This document shows, in pieces, positions 41,671-52,582 of a DNA stretch of 64,000 nt. The DNA is from an uncultured cyanobacterium (GTDB lineage: Bacteria > Cyanobacteriota > Cyanobacteriia > Cyanobacteriales > CAWCAG01): contig CAWDOD010000011.1 of NCBI GenBank assembly GCA_963803805.1, positions 32,001 to 96,000 of the forward strand, in the 5' to 3' direction. A program made the translations under genes and the position numbers. The number at the start of each line of letters is the position of its first letter. Position 1 is the first letter of the stretch. The notes under the pieces are model-generated. The model searched no databases, was not told the origin of the DNA, and saw only the letters and a list, made by a program, of their open reading frames with translations.

Positions 41671-42126
41671 TTATGGGGAGTCGTTACCTTGAGAATTACG
41701 ATAACCATAAAAATCAATACGATATTCAGATATGCTAACTCCAGTTTGTTTCTCAATCTGCTCTAACAAATCCTGGGGCAATTCTACATAAACATCAATA
41801 ATTTGCTGGGTATCTAAGCAATTAACGTGGCTATGAGCATCGCTGACGTTGCCATAAAGCCTACCATCACAACGCTCTAAACACTCAATAATTCCTTGGC
41901 TTGATAAAGCCTCCAAATTCTGATATACAGAAGTATGACCAACGTTTTTCCCTTGTTGGTTCAAGCGATCATATATTGCCCGTGCAGAAAGATGTTCTTG
42001 TTCTTGCCAAAGTAGCTCTAAAATATAGCGACGCTGGCGACTCAGGCGCATACCGAGATCCTGACACCTCTCAAAAGCATCTTCTAGGGATTTAATTTGT
42101 TGTAGTTGTGCGCCTTCAGCATTCAT
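41671..42126 (-). CDS. furC: Fur family regulator, FurC/PerR type
   Basis: GMRLSRQRRYILELLW, EHLSA, GHTSVYQNL, HSHVNCLDT. Confidence 0.85.
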   Translation of the reverse strand: MNAEGAQLQQIKSLEDAFERCQDLGMRLSRQRRYILELLWQEQEHLSARAIYDRLNQQGKNVGHTSVYQNLEALSSQGIIECLERCDGRLYGNVSDAHSHVNCLDTQQIIDVYVELPQDLLEQIEKQTGVSISEYRIDFYGYRNSQGNDSP

Positions 42127-42290
42127 TGGCCAGGCTCCCGCCTCGATTTTTTATGTTTACAGATGTAGTTGTAGACAAGTATTCTAAACACCTTGACATT
42201 TTCTATTTTAGCCTGAATACTCAAAACTCGCCTTTCCCAAGGTTGAGGCAATTCTATTTGTCTAAATTTTGGCTTTGGCTTTAATTTATG

Positions 42291-42926
42291 TTAAATGATA
42301 ACTGATGTTCCTAACAAACAAGCACGCTCAAAATTAGCTCCCCCTAATATTGCTCCTTCTAGTTCAGCGCAAAGTAAGTTAGCTCCAGCTAGGTTTGCTC
42401 CAGCTAGGTTTGCCCCACGCAAGTCGGCTTCTTCTAAGTTTGCTTCACTCAAACTAGCACCCTGTAAGTCAGCTTGGTTGAGATTTACCCCTTTCAGGTT
42501 CGCGTTGCTGAGGTTGACTCCCCTTAAGTCGGCTCCTCGCAAATCTACCCCTTGCAGGTTAGCTCTGGTTAAGTTCGCTCCACTTAAAAATGCTCCGGCT
42601 AAAGAAGCATTGACTAACTTTGCCCCCATTAAGTTAGCCCCTCGCAAATTACCACCCCGCAAATCAGCACGACTCAAATCTGCTTGCATTAAATTAGAAC
42701 CTAACAAATTGCCTCGCAAGTCAGTCCCTATTAATCTAGCCCCAAGTAAATTAGCCCCATCAAAACGAGCGCCTTTGAGGTTAGAGTAAGAAAAATCTGT
42801 ACCGACTAAATTAGCTCCAGATAAGTTAACCTTTTCTAACTGATGTTCGCAAAGCTCCTCATCTTCTAAATCTATGCCCGGAAATTGTTTTTCTTGGCCA
42901 GCTTTAATTGTTTCTAGATTGGTCAT
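42291..42926 (-). CDS. pentapeptide repeat protein
   Basis: ANLxG/ADLxG repeats. Confidence 0.9.
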   Translation of the reverse strand: MTNLETIKAGQEKQFPGIDLEDEELCEHQLEKVNLSGANLVGTDFSYSNLKGARFDGANLLGARLIGTDLRGNLLGSNLMQADLSRADLRGGNLRGANLMGAKLVNASLAGAFLSGANLTRANLQGVDLRGADLRGVNLSNANLKGVNLNQADLQGASLSEANLEEADLRGANLAGANLAGANLLCAELEGAILGGANFERACLLGTSVII

Positions 42927-42934
42927 TGATAGTA

Positions 42935-43684
42935 TTAAAGTGCATATTGAATTTTTTCTTCGGCCTCAGTATCTAGTAACCACATCCCCGCAGCTATTTT
43001 AGGCTGGTTAGCTTGAATGCCCATCCCCTGCTGCATTCCCATCACTAGCAAAGATAGTGCCTCAACTAGTTTAGGGTCGAAAACTTCTCCGGCTTTGTTT
43101 TGACAATCGGCTAAAGCTTGAGATAAGGCTTCTTTTTCGCTGAGGTTAAGGTGATCCTCGTGTTGAGAGAATTGAGTAATTTGCTCACGAAACTCCCTAA
43201 CTAAAGCCAAAATTCTTGATTCTAAGGGGATATTATCATAGGCCAGACCCGCAGGAGCGCCATTGCCATCCCAACGTTCGTATTGATGGGTGATAATTTG
43301 GGCTACGGCTTGGAGTTGGGGCATGATTCTTAAAGCCTCTACTTCTGGCACTAGAGGACAACTAGGAGCCTCATCTTTTGAGGGGACTTGGGTCATCAAA
43401 GCCGGTACAATGCCATAGAGTAAACCAGCTAAGCGCAAACGTTTGATTTGCCAAGCAGGTAAGTCTAACATTTGACCCATATTTTCTGCCAAAGCTGATA
43501 CTTCTGCTGCTGCTATGGGGTGATTTGAGGGATTGATTAATTGCGCCATACGCAAGAAGGCTTGCATTTCGTTGGAGAGGAGGTTATCATCCAATTCGGC
43601 AGAAAAAGCTTGTGCTAGGGGTTCTTCGAGCTTTTCCTGGCTAGTTTGGAGATAGGTTACTACACGAGAAACCACCTTTCCCAA
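42935..43684 (-). CDS. HD-GYP-like domain; C-terminal half of a frameshifted DICT-HD protein
   Basis: HQYERWDGNG, IPLESRILA, FDPKLVEA. Confidence 0.75.
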   Translation of the reverse strand: MGKVVSRVVTYLQTSQEKLEEPLAQAFSAELDDNLLSNEMQAFLRMAQLINPSNHPIAAAEVSALAENMGQMLDLPAWQIKRLRLAGLLYGIVPALMTQVPSKDEAPSCPLVPEVEALRIMPQLQAVAQIITHQYERWDGNGAPAGLAYDNIPLESRILALVREFREQITQFSQHEDHLNLSEKEALSQALADCQNKAGEVFDPKLVEALSLLVMGMQQGMGIQANQPKIAAGMWLLDTEAEEKIQYAL

Positions 43685-43700
43685 ATCATTACGTGGCTGT

Positions 43701-44291
43701 TTACCAAATTCTGCGGCGATCGCTTCTTACTTTAGCACTTAATTGACTAGCTAATTTTTGATTATATTTGTCAAGATGAGCGATCGTAATCTCTATGGTT
43801 TCCTTAACTAATTCTGGCTCAAAAGTCCAAAGACCGTAAAATTTACGCTCTAAATCTTCCTGGGGTTGCCCAGAAACACCATAGTCTTCCTCCGATAGTT
43901 CTTGACACAAAACCATTGCGGTATACTGAGCTGACATAATCATCAAATGCCATTCCTGGGCTACCGGATCATCGGTTTCCAAACTGACTAAACTAACATT
44001 ATCTTTCTGACTAGTAGGATGTTCAGCAAAACCGGCATTGGGTGCAGCCATAATCACAACTTGAGAAGACTTATCCGCCAGCCCCCCGTAACGTTCTGCT
44101 TCTTGAAGATACCATTTACCCTGCTGGAAAGCAGTAATCATAATTGGAGAACTATCAGATTCTAAAATAAAGTCCTCTAAAGCATGGCAGAGGGCGACTA
44201 AAGTATTTTTGTAATAAACTCCAAAATTGCGAGGTTCTCCGCTTTTTTGATGGGCAGTTTTTAATTTTTCTAATATTGAGCCTTGCAGCAT
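43701..44291 (-). CDS. DICT sensory domain; N-terminal half of a frameshifted DICT-HD protein
   Basis: LVALCHALED, TAFQQ, EWHL, GLWTFEP. Confidence 0.8.
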   Translation of the reverse strand: MLQGSILEKLKTAHQKSGEPRNFGVYYKNTLVALCHALEDFILESDSSPIMITAFQQGKWYLQEAERYGGLADKSSQVVIMAAPNAGFAEHPTSQKDNVSLVSLETDDPVAQEWHLMIMSAQYTAMVLCQELSEEDYGVSGQPQEDLERKFYGLWTFEPELVKETIEITIAHLDKYNQKLASQLSAKVRSDRRRIW

Positions 44292-44432
44292 ATCGGTTGA
44301 TGGTTGTTAGTTGATTTAGAGTTCCTCTGTGAAGTCAGGGGAAAGGGTAAGAGTGAAAGGGGGGTTAGATTTGACTCCTTAGTATCTTTATAAGTAAATT
44401 GCTTTTTGATGGATTCAAGAAGTCTAGTGTTT

Positions 44433-46040
44433 CTATGAAACTTTGGCTAGTTGTTTTTCTGGCTTTACAGGGGCGCTCAAAGCTGTTTCCAGCTCCGTTT
44501 TACCTAAGTTCTCTTCGAGAATCTGCATCACCTCGCGACCAAAATCATTGGGGTTTTGTTGCCAAGCTTGGAGGCATACTTCTCCAAAAAAGGAACCTAA
44601 AGGTTCAGGGTTCCAAAGCAGTTTTTTAGCAGTCCAAGGCATTAAGCTCATAGGATTATAGCCAGGTTTGATGATGTCATTTTTGAAGGCATATTCTTCT
44701 AAGTGAGTATGGGGTTGTAACCCAATAAAGAAGATGGCAGGTTCAACTTTGTCTACCCCAAAGATATTTTCTAATTCTCGGTGATAGGCGATGGTTTGGC
44801 TAATGGTTTCAGGACGTTCGTCAATGACGTTGAAAGAGTAGTTGACAGAAACTATGTCATTGAAACCTGCTGCTTTCAAGTCCCGACAATTTTCTAGTAC
44901 AGTACGTAGGTTATAACCCATACGCATCTTTCTTACCAACTCCTGGGAACCGCTAGTGATGCCAATTTCAAAATAATTCATCCCTGTTTGTACCATCAAC
45001 TTGCACAACTCAGGGGTAAGATTATCAGCGCGAATATAAGCTGCCCAATGAATATCTTTCATCCCAGAAGCAAGAATTTTTTCTAACAATTCAATGGCAT
45101 CAGGAATAAACTTGCGGGCAGGAATAAATTGTGCGTCAGTGAACCAGAAATTACGAATGCCTAGCTCATAAAGTTGACGCATTTCTTTGACTACTTCATC
45201 AGCAGGGTTGATGCGTACCTGTTTACCTTCTACTACGGTATAAATACAATAGCAACAGTTATGGGGACAGCCACGCTTGGTTTGTACACCAATATAAAAG
45301 TCATTTTCCTGGAGATAGTAACTAAACTCCGGCCAAATCTTAGCTATATAATCGTAGTCACAAGCAGATTTTTCAATGGGTTCGGGCCATTCATGAATCA
45401 GGCGATCGCGGGGTTGCGTTTCCCCCACAACGTAGCACCTTTCCCCCTGGATATCTTGCCCTTTGAGCAGTTTTTCTAATAAAGTTTCCCCTTCTCCTAC
45501 AGAAACAATGGTTCCTTTTGGCAGTTGAGTTTTCATTTGTTCATAGAAAACACTAACCGCACCACCTCCAACTACAGCTTGGGCTTCAGGATGGTGCTTT
45601 CTTGCTCTTTTTAAACCCCGTTTAATTAGACCCTCGTTACGCCACAATTCACCGTAATAGGCACTAGCAACCTTTAACCCTCCTAAAGCTCCACGCAGCT
45701 TGATGAAGGGATTTTTAGCATAGTAAAGCTCGAAAGCATTTTGTAAAGGATTTCCCCCTCTACCCCCTACAGGAGCATAAATTTGGATATCGCGCCAAGA
45801 AAAAACCAATAGGGTAGGTTGAAACTCATCTATATAGTTATCTAAGGATGTTGCAAAATCTAGAGGCGGCACTGTACCCATATCGAAAATACGTTGCTCT
45901 ACCTCTGAGAATAGTTTGTGGATGTGGTCAGCTAAGTAAACTACGCCAATGGGGAAAATTGGGTTACAAGGTAAGCGAACATATAAAATCTTTTTTTCAT
46001 TTTTCATTATTTTTAAAAGTGTTTTGTTAGTTAGAATCAA
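44433..46040 (-). CDS. radical SAM protein, PSII high-light acclimation (Slr0320-like) family; probable start ~46007
   Basis: TKRGCPHNCCYC motif; RLPCNPIFPIG start. Confidence 0.85.
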   Translation of the reverse strand: MILTNKTLLKIMKNEKKILYVRLPCNPIFPIGVVYLADHIHKLFSEVEQRIFDMGTVPPLDFATSLDNYIDEFQPTLLVFSWRDIQIYAPVGGRGGNPLQNAFELYYAKNPFIKLRGALGGLKVASAYYGELWRNEGLIKRGLKRARKHHPEAQAVVGGGAVSVFYEQMKTQLPKGTIVSVGEGETLLEKLLKGQDIQGERCYVVGETQPRDRLIHEWPEPIEKSACDYDYIAKIWPEFSYYLQENDFYIGVQTKRGCPHNCCYCIYTVVEGKQVRINPADEVVKEMRQLYELGIRNFWFTDAQFIPARKFIPDAIELLEKILASGMKDIHWAAYIRADNLTPELCKLMVQTGMNYFEIGITSGSQELVRKMRMGYNLRTVLENCRDLKAAGFNDIVSVNYSFNVIDERPETISQTIAYHRELENIFGVDKVEPAIFFIGLQPHTHLEEYAFKNDIIKPGYNPMSLMPWTAKKLLWNPEPLGSFFGEVCLQAWQQNPNDFGREVMQILEENLGKTELETALSAPVKPEKQLAKVS

Positions 46041-46508
46041 GAAATTTTAAGATCATTTAAGACAATATCCTTCTTAAGGATGATATAGTTTAATCTTGAT
46101 TGCCATAGGGAGTGTTATTCAGCATCAATAGCAACTGATATTTAGAAATTCACCTGAGAAAAAGGCAAGAATTATGAGAGTCTTTTTCATATAACTTAAC
46201 TTTAGCGTCATCAACCCTCGCTATCAACTAATTGGTTTTTTTTAGTGAAATAAAAATTATTTTTCTTAGCTCAAGCAAGCTCCATTAGGGACTCACTAAG
46301 CTGAGTTATAGCAAGCTTATGAATGTAGGAAGCCTATTTCCCTAAGAATTTCTTCAAAAGAGTCAAAAACAAATCATATTACCATATAAACCTATTTTTT
46401 TTGTAATAGGTAAATTCTGATTGGTATTAGGATTTACAGCCAGTCGGGATCAGTGAGTGTTAGCTTAGGAAGCGTAGTCTTTATAAAAAACAAAATTTAT
46501 CAGTTGCT

Positions 46509-46892
46509 ATGGCTCAGATTCTTGATCCTCTCCCCCAAAATGAGACAGACAGTGTACTTTGCTGCTATGTCAATGCTACTAGCCAAATTCAAATAGCCAG
46601 AATTACTAATATTGCTAATTGGTATTTTGAACGAGTAGTTTTTCCTGGACAACGCTTAGTATTTGAAGCCTTGCCACAAGCTTTATTAGAAATTCATTCC
46701 GGAGCAATGGCCAGCGCCATTCTTTCTGATACTATTCCCTGTGAGCGTTTGTGTGTAGATGAAGGTGACTTTGCTAGTCAAGAAAATTCTTCTCTATCAA
46801 ACCAGGAAAAAAGCGATAATAAAGCTCCTGTAGCCCCTAACCTTACTCAACAAAACCAATTCACAGAAGCTTTGGTTACAGCTAACGCTTGA
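46509..46892 (+). CDS. DUF1830 domain-containing protein
   Basis: CCYVNATSQIQIARI...WYFERVVFPGQRLVFEA. Confidence 0.85.
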   Translation: MAQILDPLPQNETDSVLCCYVNATSQIQIARITNIANWYFERVVFPGQRLVFEALPQALLEIHSGAMASAILSDTIPCERLCVDEGDFASQENSSLSNQEKSDNKAPVAPNLTQQNQFTEALVTANA

Positions 46893-46934
46893 TATTTTAG
46901 ATAACCAAATAAATAACAAAAATAGTTAATATTA

Positions 46935-46964
46935 AAGGGTTGTCTTTGAGGGCAACCCTTTTTA
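46935..46964 (+). terminator. intrinsic terminator
   Basis: aagggttgtc-tttga-gggcaaccc followed by a T tract. Confidence 0.65.
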
Positions 46965-47025
46965 ATAGCAAGCAAAGATAATAAACTAGGTAAAAATGAA
47001 GTCTCAGGATCGTTGAGGACGCAAA

Positions 47026-47460
47026 TTGAATTTACCTTCTTTTCTCTGGCTTTGGAAAATTGCAGCTTGGTCAATGGGTTTATCAAGCTTAGCCTATTTA
47101 ATACTAAGCATAAGCGGTTTTTGGCTATTTAACAGCAGAACAACTAAACGCCCCCGCCCTTCTTGGTTGCGCCCTTTCCACTACATCATCGGCACTATCC
47201 TGGTATCCTTAGTACTACTGCTACTAGCCATCGGTTTAGTGGGAACAGTAGGTCACTATGGAAATTTAGGACATTCTTGGCATTTAGCAGCAGGACTGAT
47301 AGTAGTTGCTTTGGTTTTGCTTTCAGCAGGAAGCGCAACTCAAATCAACCGCAAATCTTGGGCGAGAGCGCTCCATATAGGTACTAACCTTACTCTCTTC
47401 TGGGCTTTTTTATGGGTAAGTTTAACAGGATGGAGCGTAGTCCAGAAATATTTGCCTTAA
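47026..47460 (+). CDS. DUF4079 family membrane protein
   Basis: LPSFLWLWKIAAWSMG start; His-containing TM helices. Confidence 0.75.
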   Translation: MNLPSFLWLWKIAAWSMGLSSLAYLILSISGFWLFNSRTTKRPRPSWLRPFHYIIGTILVSLVLLLLAIGLVGTVGHYGNLGHSWHLAAGLIVVALVLLSAGSATQINRKSWARALHIGTNLTLFWAFLWVSLTGWSVVQKYLP

Positions 47461-47596
47461 AGTCACTTGATAATAGAGAACGGGGAAAAATCAGTCCTTT
47501 GTGAGCTTAGTCAGCTATTTCATTATTAATCTATATGTAAGGAAAAGGGAGTTATTGTTAAAATAAGAAATTAAAGAGGGATAGAGGAAACAACTA

Positions 47597-47965
47597 GTGA
47601 ACAAAACAGTAATTGGAGCTATCTTAATTGCGTCAGCCCTAGCTATAGTTATAGGCTCAGCTTTAGGATTTTTGCGCCCTAACAATCGCTTTAGTAGAAG
47701 TTCTAATCAAATTGCTCCTGATGAAAATGTTGAATCTACAGAGCAAGCACCACAGTCTCCTGAAGCGACAGAGCAACAACCAACTACGACAGAAGATCCA
47801 GCAGCAGTTGCTCAACAACCCAACGCCACAGATCCAGCAGTTAACCCCGAACCTGTAATTAATCCTGAACCAACGGTTGCTCCTGCCCCTGTAGTAACTC
47901 CTTCCCCTGTCGTTGCCCCTCCACCAGTGGTAGAGGAGCAACAACCAGTAAGAGCATTGTGGTAA
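47597..47965 (+). CDS. hypothetical membrane-anchored Pro-rich protein
   Basis: GTG start after GAGG; TM helix, low-complexity linker, C-terminal PVRALW. Confidence 0.65.
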   Translation: MNKTVIGAILIASALAIVIGSALGFLRPNNRFSRSSNQIAPDENVESTEQAPQSPEATEQQPTTTEDPAAVAQQPNATDPAVNPEPVINPEPTVAPAPVVTPSPVVAPPPVVEEQQPVRALW

Positions 47966-48142
47966 CTTTATATATATATTTCCGTAAGAGAAAGAAAGTA
48001 TGAATTGAGCATCTTGAATTGGCTCCAAATTCATGCTTTCTGCTTTTTATCAAACCTAATTTATCAAAAACTGATACCACTCTAAGTAGCTAGATATTTT
48101 TCCTCTACTAGCAACTGAGCAATTAGCAACTACTTTTAAATT

Positions 48143-48973
48143 ATGCCTTCCCTGACCATTCCTTCCGCCGCAACTTTACGCCAAGATGACCGACTAACTA
48201 TCGCTGGACGTAGCTTTTCCTCCCGTTTAATGACAGGTACGGGTAAGTATACTAGTATAGAACAGATGCAAGCAAGCGTTATTGCTAGTAAGTGTGAAAT
48301 AATTACCGTTGCGGTGCGACGAGTGCAAACCAAAGCGCCGGGACATGAAGGGTTGGCAGAGGCATTAGATTGGCAGAAAGTGTGGATGTTGCCTAATACC
48401 GCTGGTTGTAAAACTGCTGAAGAAGCAGTTAGGGTAGCCCGTTTAGGGCGAGAAATGGCAAAATTGTTAGGTCAAGAAGATAATAATTTTGTCAAATTAG
48501 AGGTAATTCCTGATCCTAAATACTTACTTCCTGATCCTATTGGTACTTTAGAAGCAGCAGAACAGTTAATCAAAGAAGACTTTGCTGTGTTACCTTACAT
48601 CAATGCAGATCCTGTTTTAGCTAAGCGTTTAGAGGAAGCCGGTTGTGTGACAGTGATGCCTTTAGGTTCTCCCATTGGTTCAGGACAGGGCATTAAAAAT
48701 GCTGCTAATATTAAAATCATTATTGAAGAAGCGAAAATTCCAGTGGTAGTAGATGCAGGCATTGGTAGCCCTAGCGAAGCTGCTTATGGGATGGAGTTAG
48801 GGGCAGATGCTTTATTGATTAATAGTGCGATCGCCTTAGCAAAAAATCCTGTAGCTATGGCTAAAGCGATGGGTTTAGCAACAGAAGCAGGAAGGTTAGC
48901 ATATTTATCAGGACGCATCCCCATTAAGGCCTATGCTACCGCTAGTTCTCCTCTAACAGGAACAGTAGTTTGA
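48143..48973 (+). CDS. thiG: thiazole synthase
   Basis: [37 protein letters not shown]. Confidence 0.96.
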   Translation: MPSLTIPSAATLRQDDRLTIAGRSFSSRLMTGTGKYTSIEQMQASVIASKCEIITVAVRRVQTKAPGHEGLAEALDWQKVWMLPNTAGCKTAEEAVRVARLGREMAKLLGQEDNNFVKLEVIPDPKYLLPDPIGTLEAAEQLIKEDFAVLPYINADPVLAKRLEEAGCVTVMPLGSPIGSGQGIKNAANIKIIIEEAKIPVVVDAGIGSPSEAAYGMELGADALLINSAIALAKNPVAMAKAMGLATEAGRLAYLSGRIPIKAYATASSPLTGTVV

Positions 48974-48977
48974 TAGT

Positions 48978-49220
48978 TAGTCGTCCCTGAATAACTAATT
49001 AAATCCTGCGATCGCAAGAGTTTGAACCTCGAAAAGTAGCTCAGAAATTGCAAGCAAATGCTCAACCCCTTACAAAATCTGGAGAAAGTTCTCTGCTTAG
49101 GAGGTGTTCAAATGGAAATTTTCCAATTGGAGTTAACCTGCAATGCCTCGCAGAGCCTCTATGACATGCTAATTGGTGATCAAGCACCTCAAAATACAGG
49201 GGGTTTTTCAGGGACGACTA
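48978..49220. mobile_element. MITE with perfect TIR and TA flanks
   Basis: TAGTCGTCCCTGAA ... TTCAGGGACGACTA. Confidence 0.85.
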
Positions 49221-49232
49221 GTTACCGTTACG

Positions 49233-49415
49233 TTAACCCACGGCAAAATTAGAATATTCTCTAATTTTAGGGGAAAGAAATCGTTTTAGGATTTCTTTCT
49301 CACTAATCCCCTCGGCTAATAAGTCTAGAGCAATTCCATCCTCAGAACTATCTCGTTGAATCCATAGTTTTCGGTCAATAATGTCAATATGGATAATACA
49401 ACCATGAATCCTCAT
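49233..49415 (-). pseudogene. xisI: C-terminal half of an XisI family gene
   Basis: RIHGCIIHIDIIDRKLWIQRD..EDGIA..L...G...IREYSNFAVG aligns with the second half of XisI at 30604-30960. Confidence 0.75.
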
Positions 49416-49416
49416 A

Positions 49417-50094
49417 TTATCTTCTCCGTCTTGAGGAATAAGAATAGTTATAATCTTCCTTCAATTGACTGCTAACTTGGGCGAAAACGTTTCTTTGTAG
49501 ATAAGGATAGGCTCCCACCCAGAGGTTGAGATTAGGGAGATAAACATCTGTTACCGCCGCTATACGGCTTAAATCTGGCTGTTTAGACAAGACAACTAAT
49601 TCTGCTACCTGTCCTGGTTTTATGCCCTTATGCAAGCGTTTGAGAGGGGCTTGGATAAGTTCTTGAAAACCGCTTTCATCTGCCACCTCTATATTAATTC
49701 GGCGTTCTCTATTTTCGACAATTACCAATTCTCCACGATTATTAACCGTTTCTTCTTCACCAATTAATTCGTCGGTAACAAAAACATCGGTAACACGACC
49801 ACGCCAAAAGCCACTATAAGGGAATTTACGATAAGCAGCGTTGCGTCTGCTAGCCCAATAAACAGGCGACCATAGCCAATATAAACCAACAATGGGACCA
49901 AGAATTATCTTTAAGCCTCCAACATTGTCTCCTAAAAAAGTACTCAATAACCAAACTACTAGAACCCCAATTACAGAAATTAGGACTCTCCTTAAAATGT
50001 CTCGCGCCTTACCCAAAACATTGGCATATTGGCTGCCAGTAGCAATGAGAGGAATAATTTGCTCAAATTTCTCCCGTGTCAAGGGAACCAGCAT
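49417..50094 (-). CDS. conserved cyanobacterial membrane protein
   Basis: MLVPLTREKFEQIIP start, two TM helices, GELVIVENRERR. Confidence 0.75.
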   Translation of the reverse strand: MLVPLTREKFEQIIPLIATGSQYANVLGKARDILRRVLISVIGVLVVWLLSTFLGDNVGGLKIILGPIVGLYWLWSPVYWASRRNAAYRKFPYSGFWRGRVTDVFVTDELIGEEETVNNRGELVIVENRERRINIEVADESGFQELIQAPLKRLHKGIKPGQVAELVVLSKQPDLSRIAAVTDVYLPNLNLWVGAYPYLQRNVFAQVSSQLKEDYNYSYSSRRRR

Positions 50095-50216
50095 AAGATT
50101 TTGTCCTTACTTAGGAAAAACACTATAAACTCAGAAATCCTTAGTTTATCCTAATCTAAACTTTTACTTTACTATCTATGAGAAGGGCCTAGGCAAATGA
50201 ACGAGTTGCTTGTCGT

Positions 50217-51989
50217 TCACTTCCAACCTAACTGACGCAAAATTGGTACTAACAAATAGTGACTTACTCCTAGAGATAAACATAAACTGATGATTAACAA
50301 AATAAACAAAATTATACTTTGAATAAAATCTAACCACAAAGGGCCAGCGAATGAAAGAATATCTTGCAGTACATCCACAGGCAAAAAGCCTAGTTTGACG
50401 CAACTTGCTAGCATTGTCCAACTTCCTAAGCCCCCTACAAAAATATGGGCCAGGCGATGGCTAGATAAACCTAAACCAAGGGTAAGGGAAACTGCTGTTG
50501 CAGAAACTAATACCAGAAAGCGTTCTCCCATAGTTAAGGGAGTTGCTTGCCACAACAGCCAGCCCATACCGTAACCCATCATAGCTAATAAGCCAGATAA
50601 TAAGAAACGGCGACGCTGGCCGAATCCACCGGGTAAAGTCAAGCCCCAAGCTGCCCCTAACCCTGCCATAGCAAAGATAATTGCCTCTGCACCTTCGTTG
50701 ATTACTCCTCCGGGAAAAAGAGTGCTAGCTAGCAAATCCACCCTGCTACCTAAAACTGTAGCGTAGGTCAATACAAAGCCAATGGTAGCGCCAATGCTGG
50801 TTCCTAAGATGCCAAAAATAATTTCTCCAATGGTATCAATTAAACCAACAGTAGTTCCCCAAGCTAAGTCCCAAGTTAAGCGTAATAATTTTTTGATTGC
50901 TTTACCTATCCCAGCAACAAGATTTCCAGATTGCTGAGTAATTTGTTGCCCAACTTGTTGAGTAAACTGAGTTAAGGCTGGTGGGGCAACTATTAAGGTA
51001 GGGGCAGGGGAGTGGTTGGGTACTGGTTTGGGTAGCCTATTTAGACGTTGGCTAATTTCTTCTGTACTGGGTCTTTGGCGGCCATCTACACGAACTATAT
51101 CATCAAGAAGATTAGCTAGTTCATCTCCAACTTGTGCTTCTTGTCGCCACTGCAATTCCCCGCTCATGATATCTTCTAATTCCAGGGGATGTTTCCCTGT
51201 GAGTAAATGAATGGCAGTACGTCCTAAAGCATAAAAATCTGTTGCTGGTGCGACTCGATGCCCGGCAATTTGTTCCGGAGGACTATAACCAGAGGAAAAT
51301 AAACGGGTGGAAGTGTTGTTTATTTCTCCTTGTACCAAACCTGTATGTTTCGCACCACCAAAATCGATTAATACTAATTGCGCCATAGCAATGGCAGTAG
51401 AAGAGAGAGGAGGAATGGTTTGATTAGGGAGGTGTTGCCTTGGGGGTGAAGGGGTACGCAACATTAAGTTAGACGGCTTGATATCGCGATGAATGATTTG
51501 GCGTTGATGTAGTTCCTGTAAAATCTCGATTCCCTGGCATAACCAGTTATAAACTAATGCTTCTGGGCAGCCTTGGGGATACCTATCTAAAATATCTTCT
51601 AAGGTTTGACCATTAATTTTTTCCATTACTAAGCAAGGTAGTTGAGAGGTGCGATTGCCACCTTGTTGAATATAAAAATAGCCTTCTCTTTCTACTTTAG
51701 GAATACCGGGATGATTTAAACTAGCCATAACTTCTGCTTCTTGCTCAAATAATTGCCTAGCTTTAGGAGAAGTTACCGTAAGCACTTTGAGAACTTTTTC
51801 CTGTTGAGTCTGAAGATCCCATACTGCATAAATTGACGCAAATCCTCCTGCCCCCAATCTTTTGAGAGGGAGATAGCGATTATGCAAACACAAAGATGTA
51901 CCGCAAGTGGTACAAAAGCGATTGTTTCCCGCTTGCTCGCGCCTATGACAATCAGGATTAATACAGTAGAGGGCATTAGTAACAGACAT
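50217..51989 (-). CDS. Ser/Thr protein kinase with 4-Cys N-terminal domain and multi-TM C-terminus
   Basis: CINPDC..CTTC, GAGGFA, HRDIKPSN, DFG, SPPE. Confidence 0.92.
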   Translation of the reverse strand: MSVTNALYCINPDCHRREQAGNNRFCTTCGTSLCLHNRYLPLKRLGAGGFASIYAVWDLQTQQEKVLKVLTVTSPKARQLFEQEAEVMASLNHPGIPKVEREGYFYIQQGGNRTSQLPCLVMEKINGQTLEDILDRYPQGCPEALVYNWLCQGIEILQELHQRQIIHRDIKPSNLMLRTPSPPRQHLPNQTIPPLSSTAIAMAQLVLIDFGGAKHTGLVQGEINNTSTRLFSSGYSPPEQIAGHRVAPATDFYALGRTAIHLLTGKHPLELEDIMSGELQWRQEAQVGDELANLLDDIVRVDGRQRPSTEEISQRLNRLPKPVPNHSPAPTLIVAPPALTQFTQQVGQQITQQSGNLVAGIGKAIKKLLRLTWDLAWGTTVGLIDTIGEIIFGILGTSIGATIGFVLTYATVLGSRVDLLASTLFPGGVINEGAEAIIFAMAGLGAAWGLTLPGGFGQRRRFLLSGLLAMMGYGMGWLLWQATPLTMGERFLVLVSATAVSLTLGLGLSSHRLAHIFVGGLGSWTMLASCVKLGFLPVDVLQDILSFAGPLWLDFIQSIILFILLIISLCLSLGVSHYLLVPILRQLGWK

Positions 51990-52222
51990 ACAAAGGGAAG
52001 AGGAAAGTTACAGGTTAAGAAGTTGCAGTTACATACTTCCTAACTACTATCCTAGAAGACAAGTTACTAAAGTTGATTTTACTTGACTAGTGGTCTGTCG
52101 ATTTTCAATTGACGGGTCAAGGATAAACTTTAATCGTAAAAATTATCCTCCATCTTCAAACCATTCTAATTTTTTAGTAAATCTTGATTATATTTCAAAT
52201 TCTCGCAAATAAGTACAGGTCT

Positions 52223-52561
52223 TTATTCTGCTAAATCACTTCTTTGTTGTAAAGTTTGCTCTAAATATTTTATTCTCTTTTCCTGCTCAGAAAGCCTTTC
52301 TTGTTTAGAGTTTAGTTCGTCTTCTAATTCATTAATTCTTTTATTTTTACTTAGGCTTTTGAGCTTTCTTTTTACCACTTGCGGTAGAGAAAACAAAAAA
52401 CCAACTAAAATACCTGCTCCTAAAGTTAAAAGTAGGAATAGCGCCAAAGGACCTTGAAACTGCCAAATAATAAAATTAATAGTAACACCTACAGGATTTT
52501 GTAGAGCGAAAAATACCGAGATTATGGCAATAATCACAGCTAAGACAAGTAAACTTTGCAT
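52223..52561 (-). CDS. LapA (DUF1049) family protein
   Basis: FFALQN..V.INF..W, second TM, C-terminal coiled coil. Confidence 0.8.
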   Translation of the reverse strand: MQSLLVLAVIIAIISVFFALQNPVGVTINFIIWQFQGPLALFLLLTLGAGILVGFLFSLPQVVKRKLKSLSKNKRINELEDELNSKQERLSEQEKRIKYLEQTLQQRSDLAE

Positions 52562-52582
52562 TCAATTATTCCTTTTTAATCT

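Noticed and set aside
42295-42789. 164-aa plus-strand ORF with repeats
   Set aside because: Antisense shadow of the pentapeptide repeat gene.
49058-49252. 64-aa ORF
   Set aside because: Lies mostly inside a MITE and has no recognisable motif.
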